Below are positions 37,424-46,548 of a DNA stretch of 54,075 nucleotides, in pieces. This DNA comes from a virus. Taxonomy: Duplodnaviria; Caudoviricetes. Under the pieces are notes generated by a model. That model was not told the origin of the DNA and ran no database searches. It saw nothing but the letters and a program-made list of their open reading frames with translations. Positions within the stretch are counted from its first letter, which is position 1; every line of letters begins with the position of its first letter. The translations under genes were made by a program, and so were the position numbers. Location: positions 1 through 54,075 of IMG/VR virus record IMGVR_UViG_3300011114_000387; one strand, written 5' to 3'.

Positions 37424-37605
37424 TTTTCAGAACTTATCTTGTGACTGTGATGCCCAAGTTTATATCTTGGAATTGCAACCCCTACACAACGCCAGTCAGT
37501 GCTACCAGCCGCAGTGCTGCAATCAAAATCGTTCGTCGCGAATACAACGAAAACTGTGGCTGGACCAACGGTCCTGCTACCTACACCGCGTGCCTTGAGA
37601 AATGA
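37420..37605 (+). CDS. Early hypothetical protein
   Basis: GGAGG SD, ATGA overlap. Confidence 0.7.
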   Translation: MIFRTYLVTVMPKFISWNCNPYTTPVSATSRSAAIKIVRREYNENCGWTNGPATYTACLEK

Positions 37606-37835
37606 AAAAGAAAAGAGGAAATATGACTAAAGAAATGATTATGTATGGTTGCGACATTGACGCCTTCTTCGATAACGTTGAAAGGTCAATCACTTACAAA
37701 ACCGCTGGCCCTTTGATGGTGGTCGCTGGTTTGATGTCCGACGCTCAAGAGATGATGGCCTTTGGCGACGTTGAGTCTGCCCGGCAAGCACTCAACAGGG
37801 CCAAGGCTTTGCTGTTCCGCGAGATGCGGGGCTGA
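37602..37835 (+). CDS. Early hypothetical protein
   Basis: MYGCD...LMSDAQE...ARQALNRAK; start may be 37623. Confidence 0.75.
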   Translation: MKKKRGNMTKEMIMYGCDIDAFFDNVERSITYKTAGPLMVVAGLMSDAQEMMAFGDVESARQALNRAKALLFREMRG

Positions 37836-37876
37836 TCACAGCGTGCAGGGCATGACGTGCCCTGTGCAGTGCGATC
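37834..37876 (+). promoter_or_regulatory. Repeated intergenic RNA stem copy 2
   Basis: GATCACA-GC-GTGCAGGGCAT-GAC-GTGCCCTGTGC-AG-TGCGATC. Confidence 0.7.
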
Positions 37877-37922
37877 CGCACTCTGGCTTACGCCAGTATC
37901 TAAACCAACCTAAAGGAAATTT

Positions 37923-38879
37923 ATGTCTCACGAACTCACCACTCACGCTGATGGCCGCGTCGAATTTGCATACCTCGCTTCGGACGGAACACCATGGCAC
38001 GGTTTGGGTCAAGCACTCGAAGATGGCACTAGCCTCGATGCTTGGCGCGTAGCCGCTGGCATGGACTGGAAGATCAAACGCGGTATCGTTCGCTACAACA
38101 CTGACTTCGACGGCTCTCAGTTGGAGTTGCCAGAACAGCACGTTCTGTTCCGCTCTGACACAAAGGCGCCGCTCGGTGTCGTGTCCAATCGCTACCAAGT
38201 TGTTCAGCCCGGTGATGTTGTGGAATTCTTCCGCGACATTGCACGCGCTGGTGGCTTGGAGTTGTCAGCAGCAGGAACCATCTACGGTGGCAAGCGCTTC
38301 TGGGCAACGGCCAAGATTGGCGAAGCTGCTCCCACTTCGGTGGCAGACACGATCGGCGGCTACATCCTGATCAGCACAAGCGCTGACGGATCGCTGGCCA
38401 CTGAGGTACGTCGTACCACCGTGCGCACCGTGTGCAAAAACACACTGGCCATGGCGTTGGCTGAGAAGTCAACAATCAAGGTTACTCACCGCTCTGTGTT
38501 TGATCCAGATTCTGTTAAAGAATTCATGGGCCTGAACACTGCAGCTTGGGACGCCTTCCGCCACAACGTTGTCAAGTTGTCCAACATCGAGTTGTTTGAA
38601 GAAGAGGCCGGTGAGATCACCGCCAACATCTTTGGCAACGGCGAGAAGGTCCGCGAAGCTGCTGGCTTCAAGAAGGTCCTGTCGTTGTTCAACGGCGCCG
38701 GCATGGGCGCTCAGATGGACGGCGTGATGGGCACACGTTGGGGCTTGCTCAACGCGTTCACAGAGTACGCTGACCACCACGTCCGTGCTCGCTCTGACGA
38801 GAACCGCTTCGTGGCTTCTCAGTGGGGCGCTGGCGCTGACCTCAAGCAGCGCGCTCTGTCTGCTTTGATGCCTGCTTGA
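37923..38879 (+). CDS. DUF932-family protein
   Basis: TPWHGLG, RSDT..PLGVVS.RY.VVQ, VRTVCKNTL, GTRWGLLNA.TEY.DH. Confidence 0.9.
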   Translation: MSHELTTHADGRVEFAYLASDGTPWHGLGQALEDGTSLDAWRVAAGMDWKIKRGIVRYNTDFDGSQLELPEQHVLFRSDTKAPLGVVSNRYQVVQPGDVVEFFRDIARAGGLELSAAGTIYGGKRFWATAKIGEAAPTSVADTIGGYILISTSADGSLATEVRRTTVRTVCKNTLAMALAEKSTIKVTHRSVFDPDSVKEFMGLNTAAWDAFRHNVVKLSNIELFEEEAGEITANIFGNGEKVREAAGFKKVLSLFNGAGMGAQMDGVMGTRWGLLNAFTEYADHHVRARSDENRFVASQWGAGADLKQRALSALMPA

Positions 38880-38951
38880 TCGTAGCGTGTAGGGCACCCG
38901 CTGGGTGCTCTATGCAGTGCGATCGCACTACCGATCTGACCGGATGTCAGA
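38878..38951 (+). promoter_or_regulatory. Repeated intergenic RNA element copy 3
   Basis: GATCGTA-GC-GTGTAGGGCACCC-GCT-GGGTGCTCTATGC-AG-TGCGATC, then TCTGAC-CGGAT-GTCAGA. Confidence 0.7.
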
Positions 38952-38969
38952 ACCTTTTGGAGATTGACC

Positions 38970-39308
38970 ATGGAAACACTTATTCGCCGTGAACGTTGGG
39001 GCAACAAAAGCTGGACAGCTGAGACCAAGGAATCTTTTGATTTGAACGGCCGCCCTGCTCGGCTTAGCATTACAACTTCAAAAAATTCTGTTGGTGACTT
39101 GGCCACCTACGCCAGCATTGGTTTTGTAAACCAGCCCGGCATTGTGACGTTTGCCGTCTTTGCCGATTACTTTAAGGTCCTTGAGATCGGCAAGAAAGTT
39201 CGCTGCACCGACAAGAATGTCGAAGCTCAACAGGCCCGCGCCGTTGCGCGTTGGGCTGAAATCAAGCAAGACGTCTTTGCCTTTTACGCTTTGAAGGAGG
39301 TTGCATGA
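38970..39308 (+). CDS. Early hypothetical protein
   Basis: GGAG SD. Confidence 0.75.
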   Translation: METLIRRERWGNKSWTAETKESFDLNGRPARLSITTSKNSVGDLATYASIGFVNQPGIVTFAVFADYFKVLEIGKKVRCTDKNVEAQQARAVARWAEIKQDVFAFYALKEVA

Positions 39309-39508
39309 ACTACAACAACCACTACGCGGTCTTTGCCAACAAGGCAAAGGCCTACGACTTTTACACCTGCCGCCGGGCTTTGTTTGATTGCCACGACACC
39401 CTCAATATCTGGGGTGAAGACATCAACCCTGACTACGCAGTCAAGCTCTGGGCGGAGATCGACGCCCTTCGAGATCGTCAAATGAAATTGAAAGGAGAGA
39501 CATCATGA
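39305..39508 (+). CDS. Early hypothetical protein
   Basis: AAGGAGG SD. Confidence 0.75.
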   Translation: MNYNNHYAVFANKAKAYDFYTCRRALFDCHDTLNIWGEDINPDYAVKLWAEIDALRDRQMKLKGETS

Positions 39509-39858
39509 GTACATACTGGGAAAGTAAAGGCCTGTATCAGGCCGAAGCAGATGCGCTTGAAAAACTGCTGCCAAGTTTTGGTGAAGTGCCTGACAACAAG
39601 GTGACCAACAAATACCTTGAGAAGTTTCGCAAGGCCGTGAACTGCTACTACGATCTGTACAACAACGGCCTGTGCAATCGGGCTCGTGAATTCAGCACCG
39701 TGTTTCGCATACCCGGTGTGCCCCGGGAGATCAAACAGAACTACGGGTCCAACTTCTTGGTGTCCTCGGCGACTGAAGACGCTATCGACGCAAAGATGGA
39801 TCAGATCATTTTGCTTGCTTACGAAGAACAACTGCTCTTGAAAAAGGTAAAACCATGA
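39505..39858 (+). CDS. Early hypothetical protein
   Basis: TYW..KG.YQ, YYDLYNNGLCN. Confidence 0.8.
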   Translation: MSTYWESKGLYQAEADALEKLLPSFGEVPDNKVTNKYLEKFRKAVNCYYDLYNNGLCNRAREFSTVFRIPGVPREIKQNYGSNFLVSSATEDAIDAKMDQIILLAYEEQLLLKKVKP

Positions 39859-40127
39859 ACGTCAAAAGACGCAAAGAACTACACGCCCTCATCGACCGGC
39901 TACGTGCTGCGGCCGATGAGGCCTCAAACATTTACACTGACTTTAGCATCACTGTTGACGAAGAACGTGAAGCCTTTGACAACATGCCCGAAAGCCTGCA
40001 GCAGTCAGAAAAAGGAGAGGCCGCAAGCGAAGGCCTTAACACCCTTGACTCGGCTTTGGACATGCTCGACACCGTCATAGATGACCTCAATCAAATTGCA
40101 GACAACATTCAGGAGACCTTAGATTGA
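39855..40127 (+). CDS. Acidic helical conserved phage protein
   Basis: MN.KRRK...EEREAFDNMPESLQ.SEKGE. Confidence 0.8.
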   Translation: MNVKRRKELHALIDRLRAAADEASNIYTDFSITVDEEREAFDNMPESLQQSEKGEAASEGLNTLDSALDMLDTVIDDLNQIADNIQETLD

Positions 40128-40204
40128 ACTACGCATACGCAACCGTCTACGCCCTCGCAATTATCGTCCTCTTCATGGACCTCATGATATGGAGGCCATT
40201 TTGA
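40124..40204 (+). CDS. Small TM peptide (26 aa)
   Basis: AGGAG SD, TTG start, ...IIVLFMDLMIWRPF. Confidence 0.5.
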   Translation: MNYAYATVYALAIIVLFMDLMIWRPF

Positions 40205-40380
40205 TTGACGACCTTGCCAAGGCCCTCGAGGCTTTGCTTAACATGCCTCCGTATGATGGCTTCACCGAGACCTCCCGTGTTCGGTTGCGAATTAAGAACC
40301 GGGCTAAAAAAGTTTTAAAGGAATATAAAGATGAACGCTTGGCAAAAGTGCGACGCGTGCAACAAGAGTCGGCTGATTGA
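40189..40380 (+). CDS. Hypothetical protein
   Basis: ORF track. Confidence 0.6.
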   Translation: MEAILIDDLAKALEALLNMPPYDGFTETSRVRLRIKNRAKKVLKEYKDERLAKVRRVQQESAD

Positions 40381-40455
40381 AGGCGGCTGTGAAATCTCAA
40401 GCCTCAAGTGGATCTGTGCCGCTTGCTGGTCCAAATACATACAAAGGAAATTCAA

Positions 40456-40851
40456 ATGAAACATCAAACTCTTGACGAGTTTTTGCAAACCAACAACTGG
40501 TCAACTAATCTCAAAAACAAACTTCGCGAAACATCAGAAAACCCAGACGTTAAATACCTTGTTGCTTGGGACAACGCTGGCCAGATCTCTGCTTCGGCTT
40601 ACACGACCAAGCCCGATGAATGGCCCGAAACTGCGGTGGCTGTTTGGGCCAAAGAGAAAGACCTTGACCCTGCTACCAAGTCACGAACCATGATGGCTGT
40701 TGATCTTGTCGAGAAAGACAGCATGACCGTCTACGCAGCAGCCAAGGCTCTTGGCATCAACCAGTCCGCTGTTCACCGCGCCATCAAACGGCGTGAAGAC
40801 AAGGACGTTTGCCCCCACTGCAACCAAGTAATCAGAACTCAATCTGCCTAG
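40456..40851 (+). CDS. HTH + CxxC putative transcription regulator
   Basis: AAAGGA SD; TVYAAAKALGINQSAVHRAI, CPHC. Confidence 0.75.
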   Translation: MKHQTLDEFLQTNNWSTNLKNKLRETSENPDVKYLVAWDNAGQISASAYTTKPDEWPETAVAVWAKEKDLDPATKSRTMMAVDLVEKDSMTVYAAAKALGINQSAVHRAIKRREDKDVCPHCNQVIRTQSA

Positions 40852-41293
40852 CTAACTTCTTCATGATGGCCGCTGCGATCTCCTGCTCCATGCGGGTGAT
40901 TGCGGCGGCCAATTTTGTTTCTGCTTCGCCTTTTAGTTCTTTGCGGCCTGCACCCCTGCAATCCAAACAAATCTCATCACTCAAGACCGGCGCGCCCTTG
41001 ATGACGTTGTAACCCCTGCCATGGCACACCGGGCACACGTCTTTGGACAAGTGGTGCATCACGTTGTAAACCACCAAGGGCTCGTGACCCATGTCAACCA
41101 AAGCCTCTGCAATGCGAAACACTTCTCGTGTATCGCCCGCATATCGCCACCGCCAAATCGCCAGCCCCAGCGGGTTGGCTGCGCCAGCCATCCCACATGC
41201 CCTCACCAAGTCAATGTCGCCAATCTCGTTGACCGGGACCTCACCCAAATTCTTTGACACTTGCGCCTTTGTGATCCGCTCTTTAAACATCAC
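40832..41293 (-). CDS. Lambda Q-like antiterminator (putative)
   Basis: CPVCHGRG...CLDCRGAG zinc finger; last gene of the replication operon. Confidence 0.6.
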   Translation of the reverse strand: MMFKERITKAQVSKNLGEVPVNEIGDIDLVRACGMAGAANPLGLAIWRWRYAGDTREVFRIAEALVDMGHEPLVVYNVMHHLSKDVCPVCHGRGYNVIKGAPVLSDEICLDCRGAGRKELKGEAETKLAAAITRMEQEIAAAIMKKLARQIEF

Positions 41294-42603
41294 TTCCCCT
41301 TTGCTTCGTTGACCGCGTCAATCAGTGCTTGCTGCATGTTGCCCTTGCTTGCAAGTACCGCCATGATTCTTTCGTCGATTGTGCCAACAGCCACAAGGTG
41401 ATGCACGACAACCTCATTCTTTTGTCCTGACCTGTGAAGCCTTGCGTTGGCCTGCTCGTACAGGTCCAAGCTAAAAGGCAGACCAAACCAAACAGCCACA
41501 TTGCCGCCCACCTGAAGGCCGTCCACGCCGTGACCGCCGCTTGCTGGGTGCATCACCATCAACTTGATCTCTCCGGCCTGCCAGCGGGCCAATGAAGCCT
41601 CGCCGTCAAACTGCACCGCGTCCGGAAACCTTGCTTTGATCCGGTCCATGTCGTGCACGTACGCCGTGAAGCAAAGCACCGGCTCTCCCTGATCCACGAT
41701 CTCTTCGAGTGCATCCAGCTTGGCGTCATGTATCGGGTGCACAACCCGGTTGTCGTCGTACACCGCGCCGTTGGCCATCTGGCCCAGCTTGCCGGCCAGC
41801 ACTGCAGCGTTGACCGCCATCACGGCTCCGCTCACCATGGTCTGTTCCATGTCGCGGTATTGCTTCATGTCAAAAGTCACTTGGACCACGTTGTCGATCC
41901 GCTCTGGCATCTCAACACCGCTGTCCACGCTGACCATCACATCCCTTACCGCTTCTTGGATCTCTTGCCTCGCACCCTTCCTGAGTTTCCAGCTGTAGAT
42001 CGTTTGGCCATTGCGTTTGTCTGGCACGTACCACTTGTCCCGGTACTTGGTGATCCCGGTGCCCAGTCTTTTGCCGTTGTCCATGATGCTGATCTGAGCC
42101 CACAGGTCCAACAAATCGCCGTTGGGATCTGGTGTGCCTGTAAGGATGTACAGCTTTTGGATCTGCTTGCGCACCGACTTCAACGCCTGCCACGCTTTGC
42201 TGGCCCGGTCCTTGAAACCCCGGTTTTCGTCAATCACCACGCACTCAAACGGCCAAGGCTCTTTGCTCTCTTTGACCAAATCCACCAGCCAACGGAAGTT
42301 CTCCCGGTTAATCACGTACACGTCCGCGTCCTGCAATAACCCCTCCATTCGTTGTTTAACGGGCCCCAGCACCTTCGAAACACGCAAGGTGGATAGGTGG
42401 TCCCACTTAGCCGCTTCCGTGTGCCACACGAGCTCTGCGACCCGTTTAGGCGCCACCACAAGGGTCTTCATCTCCAACCGCATGACCGCAGTCAAGGTGG
42501 CCACCGTCTTTCCGGCGCCCATGCGAAGGGCAATTAGCTGGTAAGTCTCGTCCAGCATTCTCTGAATTGTCACGGCTTGCGCCGGTCTAGCGGAAAATTT
42601 CAT
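41290..42603 (-). CDS. SNF2-like helicase
   Basis: MGAGKT, VIDE, LTGTP, QANARLHRSGQ. Confidence 0.92.
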   Translation of the reverse strand: MKFSARPAQAVTIQRMLDETYQLIALRMGAGKTVATLTAVMRLEMKTLVVAPKRVAELVWHTEAAKWDHLSTLRVSKVLGPVKQRMEGLLQDADVYVINRENFRWLVDLVKESKEPWPFECVVIDENRGFKDRASKAWQALKSVRKQIQKLYILTGTPDPNGDLLDLWAQISIMDNGKRLGTGITKYRDKWYVPDKRNGQTIYSWKLRKGARQEIQEAVRDVMVSVDSGVEMPERIDNVVQVTFDMKQYRDMEQTMVSGAVMAVNAAVLAGKLGQMANGAVYDDNRVVHPIHDAKLDALEEIVDQGEPVLCFTAYVHDMDRIKARFPDAVQFDGEASLARWQAGEIKLMVMHPASGGHGVDGLQVGGNVAVWFGLPFSLDLYEQANARLHRSGQKNEVVVHHLVAVGTIDERIMAVLASKGNMQQALIDAVNEAKGK

Positions 42604-42853
42604 CTACCTTCTCCATCGAGTCGACCACGCGCACATCGGCGCCCAGCCCCCTCAGCATTTCAATAATTCGGTTTTGAAGTGGCGTTGGCTTTTCGCCCGG
42701 CCGCTTCAGCTCCACAAAAATAATCTTGCCCCCCGGCAGAAAAACAATCCGGTCAGGCACCCCGCTCATGGACGGCGACACCCACTTGGCCGCCAGCCCA
42801 CCAGCCTCTTTGGCCTTCTTCCTCAGTCGCTCCTCAATCTTCTTCTCCAACAT
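42587..42853 (-). CDS. VRR-NUC nuclease
   Basis: GVPDRIV..FVELK...LQ. Confidence 0.9.
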   Translation of the reverse strand: MLEKKIEERLRKKAKEAGGLAAKWVSPSMSGVPDRIVFLPGGKIIFVELKRPGEKPTPLQNRIIEMLRGLGADVRVVDSMEKVDEIFR

Positions 42854-42867
42854 CACTTTTCCAATCG

Positions 42868-43086
42868 CAGGGTAATAGGGCATTACAGGGCAATTGATTT
42901 CCTATATATACCTTTGGGAAACACTAACATTTGCCACAACTGTCAAGTATCATCTTCCTAAAATATGTATATCTTTTTCTATTACCCTTATTACCCTAAC
43001 TACTATATTCTTCAATGATTTCAAAGACTTAAGTCAGGGTAATAGGGCAGGGTAATAGGCAGGGTAATAGACCCCCTATTACCCTG
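42868..43086. repeat. Iteron-like AGGGTAATA repeats (4 direct, 3 inverted) around an AT-rich core; putative origin
   Basis: Direct at 42868, 43035, 43048, 43060; inverted at 42979, 42989, 43076. Confidence 0.75.
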
Positions 43087-45394
43087 AAAACTCAGGCTCA
43101 TCGGCAGGAACCAAGAAAACCACACGTCCGTTCGTCTTTTTGCGCTGACCGCCGTTCAACTTCTTCAATGCCCTGCCGGCCGTAATCGTCTGCCCTTTTG
43201 ACGGATCGCGCACCCCAATCTTCATTAGCGCATCGGTTGCCGTCACCCACAAATCGCTTCCAAGCCCCAATTCCGACCAGTTAAATGCGGCCGCCACGCG
43301 CTCCTCGATCGGATCGACCACCGTAAATTCCTCGTTGTGGGTGTTCAACTCGCCCATCTCTTGCATGTTCAGGGCCCAGTTCTCGCCCCCAACCCACAAC
43401 CCCTTCACTTCGGCCCAAAGCTGCTGAATGTCAATACCGCTGTCCAAATCAAACCCGTCAACCTCGATCGACCAAAACCTGCGGTTGCCTGTTGGGTCAC
43501 TCAGGTATTGAGATTCGTTGACCGTTCCGCCAAACACGGTGCGGCGACCAAAGTTCGATTCTGTTGCGGCGTATGGCCGGCGCAGCTTGTCCATGGCCTG
43601 CGTTGTGAATGACTTCAACGCGCTAATCTCAGACTTTGAGAACGTCGCGTCAAGCTCACCCAGCTCGACAATCCAATAGGACAGGGCAATGAAGATCGAG
43701 TCCTTGGAACGCATGTCAAGCGTGTGGCCTGTCAGCACCGCGTCAAGGTGGGCCGGCGCCAGCCTCTGGAACCAAGTTGTTTTGCCGATGTTCTGTGGGC
43801 CAACGAAAGTCAGGATGCCTTGGCCGGCAATGCCGTCAGGGCTGAACGCTGCAGCCACCGCTTGGATGAGCCACTTGCGCATGAGCTTGCGCTTCATCTT
43901 CTCGCCCCCGGCCGGCACCCGCACAGTGGCATAAAAGTCGTCAAGCCGCGACACACCGTCCCACCCCCTTGAATCGATCCATGTGGCCACGGGGTTGTAT
44001 TGGTTCTTGTCTGCGAGGGTGATCAGGAATTGAGCAACGTGCTTGGTCGGCATGCGCACCTTCTCGCACTCAGACAGGACGTGTGAGATGGCCGCGTTGT
44101 CACGGTTGTCACGTGTGAAGGCGCTCCCCGGTATAAGCAGCTCGATTGCCTTCTTGATCACGTTGTATCTGACCGAATACTGCAACTTGTCCATCAGCAC
44201 ATAGAAGTTGTCAAGCGTGCATAAGGGATAACCCTCATCGTTCAAGTTGACGAAGCCGCCCGAGACTTTGACCCTTGCCCGAACCCACCCCCGTACAGTT
44301 GACAGGGGCAGCTTCGTGCCAAGGTCCTTCGCCCGCATCTGGATCGCAACTGCGATCTGTTCGCGCTCCACGTCCGACACTTCGGCAGTGTGTGCAATGC
44401 CAGCCGCGATCTTTTCTTGCAGTTGGCGCACGTCTGTGCACGCAGCCACCATGTCCATCACCGCACTCAGAGCCACATCGCGCTTGTCCAGCTTGGCCAC
44501 ATCCCGCTTGTCTTTAGTCATGTGCAGCAGCGACGCAAGCGTCACTGCTCCTCGACCCGTCGCGCGCTGCTGGCTAAACGTCCCCCACTTTTCAGCGCAG
44601 TAACCAGATACCCACTTGTCAGAGACCGCGCTCCAGTTATCCCAAGCCTCAAGCCACTCAGGGTCGCCGCCGCTCTGGTGGTGCAGTGCCGCACCGACCT
44701 TGAGCCACTCGCCGTACCCCACATCAGGGTCAAGGTGCACGAGCACTTCATCGACCACGCGGTCAAGCTCCCAGCCGTCAAGAGCGAACTTCAGGTTGGC
44801 AAAGCCGTCTTCGTCGTCACCGCCTGCCGCGCCCATCTCTTCGTCCCACACCTTTGCAATCATCCAGCCTAGGTCCTGCGGCAGCACCGGCAGCGACGCG
44901 TGGCCGTTGATCGCATGGCCAGTCACTGTGAAATAACGGCCGTCTTTGTACAGCTCAACGCCAGCCTCTTTTTTGGTCCGACTCCCGTCAAGGTTTGTCT
45001 GTGTGAAGATCTTCAGGCCAGTGCCAGACGGCGATACCTCGGCGTAGCCCTCGACTCTGTCGAGCGTCTCTTGCGCCAGATCCGACAACACCCCGGTGAC
45101 CGGGTCGCGGCAGTCGTCTAGGTCGATGCCGTGCAGCATGCCACCAAGCACAATGCCAATACCGTCGTAGTCGCCAAGCGGGTATTCGTCTACGGCCGCA
45201 CCGAATGAAGCCCATGTGGCCGCATCGGTTGAGCTGCCTGCGCCGCCCTTGGCAGAGAGCGGCATCTTGGCCCAGACCTTCTCGCCGTTGGGCTTGCTGC
45301 GCTGCACGTTCTTCCACAGGACCCAGCGGTCCAGCGCTTGCAGGTCTTGGGGTATGTTGTCTAGGCTGAGCGCCAGTACTTCGGGGCGAGTCAT
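43079..45394 (-). CDS. Primase-polymerase / PriCT-2 / VapE-type helicase fusion
   Basis: GIDLDDC, EVSPSGTG, RYFTVTG; W..VG.ALH; GPQNIGKTT, TGNRRFW. Confidence 0.9.
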   Translation of the reverse strand: MTRPEVLALSLDNIPQDLQALDRWVLWKNVQRSKPNGEKVWAKMPLSAKGGAGSSTDAATWASFGAAVDEYPLGDYDGIGIVLGGMLHGIDLDDCRDPVTGVLSDLAQETLDRVEGYAEVSPSGTGLKIFTQTNLDGSRTKKEAGVELYKDGRYFTVTGHAINGHASLPVLPQDLGWMIAKVWDEEMGAAGGDDEDGFANLKFALDGWELDRVVDEVLVHLDPDVGYGEWLKVGAALHHQSGGDPEWLEAWDNWSAVSDKWVSGYCAEKWGTFSQQRATGRGAVTLASLLHMTKDKRDVAKLDKRDVALSAVMDMVAACTDVRQLQEKIAAGIAHTAEVSDVEREQIAVAIQMRAKDLGTKLPLSTVRGWVRARVKVSGGFVNLNDEGYPLCTLDNFYVLMDKLQYSVRYNVIKKAIELLIPGSAFTRDNRDNAAISHVLSECEKVRMPTKHVAQFLITLADKNQYNPVATWIDSRGWDGVSRLDDFYATVRVPAGGEKMKRKLMRKWLIQAVAAAFSPDGIAGQGILTFVGPQNIGKTTWFQRLAPAHLDAVLTGHTLDMRSKDSIFIALSYWIVELGELDATFSKSEISALKSFTTQAMDKLRRPYAATESNFGRRTVFGGTVNESQYLSDPTGNRRFWSIEVDGFDLDSGIDIQQLWAEVKGLWVGGENWALNMQEMGELNTHNEEFTVVDPIEERVAAAFNWSELGLGSDLWVTATDALMKIGVRDPSKGQTITAGRALKKLNGGQRKKTNGRVVFLVPADEPEFSG

Positions 45395-45588
45395 GACCGG
45401 TCACCCCGCTGCATCACAAACGTGGGGCTTGTCGCTTGCAGCATTGCTTTGCGTATACCGTTGTAGCTGTCGGACTGGATCAGCGCTGCAATCACAACAC
45501 CTTGGTGCTCTTCGCTAATTTTCATTTGATCAACCGCGTCTATGCAGTCGGCCAAAAGATCCTTGTAATACTCAACGCGAGTAAACAT
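45391..45588 (-). CDS. Hypothetical protein
   Basis: AGGAG SD before MFTRVEYY. Confidence 0.7.
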   Translation of the reverse strand: MFTRVEYYKDLLADCIDAVDQMKISEEHQGVVIAALIQSDSYNGIRKAMLQATSPTFVMQRGDRS

Positions 45589-45629
45589 AACATCTCCTAA
45601 ATACAACACCGGCATCCGGCCGGCTCGGT

Positions 45630-45824
45630 TTAATTCGGCATGTCGCTGATAGGCAACATGTGCAGGAGCGCCCGCTGTACCTGTGTGTGAAAAGCGTTGA
45701 CCGCTTCATCATCACAAGACACAAACATGCGCACACCTTCCTCTTCCACATCAAACACCAACTCCGCCCCCTCAGCAATCGCGCGCATCGCTTGAAGGGA
45801 CAAGGCTAATCTAAGTTCTATCAC
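45630..45824 (-). CDS. Hypothetical protein
   Basis: GTGA overlap with Cro-like stop. Confidence 0.6.
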   Translation of the reverse strand: MIELRLALSLQAMRAIAEGAELVFDVEEEGVRMFVSCDDEAVNAFHTQVQRALLHMLPISDMPN

Positions 45825-46042
45825 CGGCGCCCCTTGAGGGCGTCCCAATCAATGTCAGGCCTCATGTCTTCAGCACGCAGGCCAAGGCGCAGCAACCGCG
45901 AGACACGTACCAATTCAGGTACGCGCGCCATGGGTATGCGATCCTTGCTGGCCCACAGTGACACGGCTTGAGAGCGTATGCCAAGGTAGTGGGCTAGATT
46001 AACGGGGCCGCCGAAGCGGCTGATGATTTCACTTGTAGTCAT
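45821..46042 (-). CDS. Cro/YdaS-like HTH regulator
   Basis: FGGPVNLAHYLGIRSQAVSLW...IP...MRPDIDW. Confidence 0.85.
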   Translation of the reverse strand: MTTSEIISRFGGPVNLAHYLGIRSQAVSLWASKDRIPMARVPELVRVSRLLRLGLRAEDMRPDIDWDALKGRR

Positions 46043-46050
46043 GGGCTGCC

Positions 46051-46133
46051 ATGATAGCGTTGTTTACATGTAACATGCAATAAATTTATTTTTCACAGGT
46101 GCATTGCAAACGCGATGAAAGCAATGCTATCAT
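46051..46133. promoter_or_regulatory. Divergent promoter pair (minus TTGCAT-18-TATCAT; plus TTGCAA-18-TATCAT) with palindromes
   Basis: TTACATGTAA at 46064-73; GCATTGC-N13-GCAATGC at 46101-27. Confidence 0.6.
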
Positions 46134-46165
46134 GAGGGTTCTAAACCAACCTAAAGGACTAAACC

Positions 46166-46375
46166 ATGAATGATCTTTACCAAGGGTTCTTGAATTTCTT
46201 CAAGGCACCCAGCGCGATAGTGATTGCTGCACGCGAGCTTGAAGAAGCGCGCCGGCAGTTACTTCAATCGCAAAGCGCAGCCGAGTACGCAATCCGAATT
46301 TCATCTTATCACCAAGACCGCATCAAGCGTTTGTCTGCTTTCCTTGTCGATGCCAACAAGGAGTCAGCAGAATGA
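46166..46375 (+). CDS. Hypothetical protein
   Basis: AAAGGA SD; A.RELEEARR.LL..Q.A.EYA. Confidence 0.75.
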   Translation: MNDLYQGFLNFFKAPSAIVIAARELEEARRQLLQSQSAAEYAIRISSYHQDRIKRLSAFLVDANKESAE

Positions 46376-46548
46376 AATACCCAAACGAAGCAGTTCGCCA
46401 GTACATGGCCAAGCGCCGCGCCGAGTTGCGCAAGCCATGCCCAAGACTTTATCCCAAGAACGGTGATGTTCTCACGACCAAAGAATACGTGGCCAGATAC
46501 TGGGCCGCAAATTTTATCAACCAGAAACCAGAGGAGTTTTTTCAATGA
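46372..46548 (+). CDS. Hypothetical protein (58 aa)
   Basis: AAGGAG SD, ATGA overlaps at both ends. Confidence 0.7.
   Translation: MKYPNEAVRQYMAKRRAELRKPCPRLYPKNGDVLTTKEYVARYWAANFINQKPEEFFQ

Noticed and set aside
42868-43086. Mini-CRISPR array or I-SceI site (CAGGGTAAT)
   Set aside because: Repeats are 9-12 bp, irregular and in both orientations; only half of the I-SceI site is present
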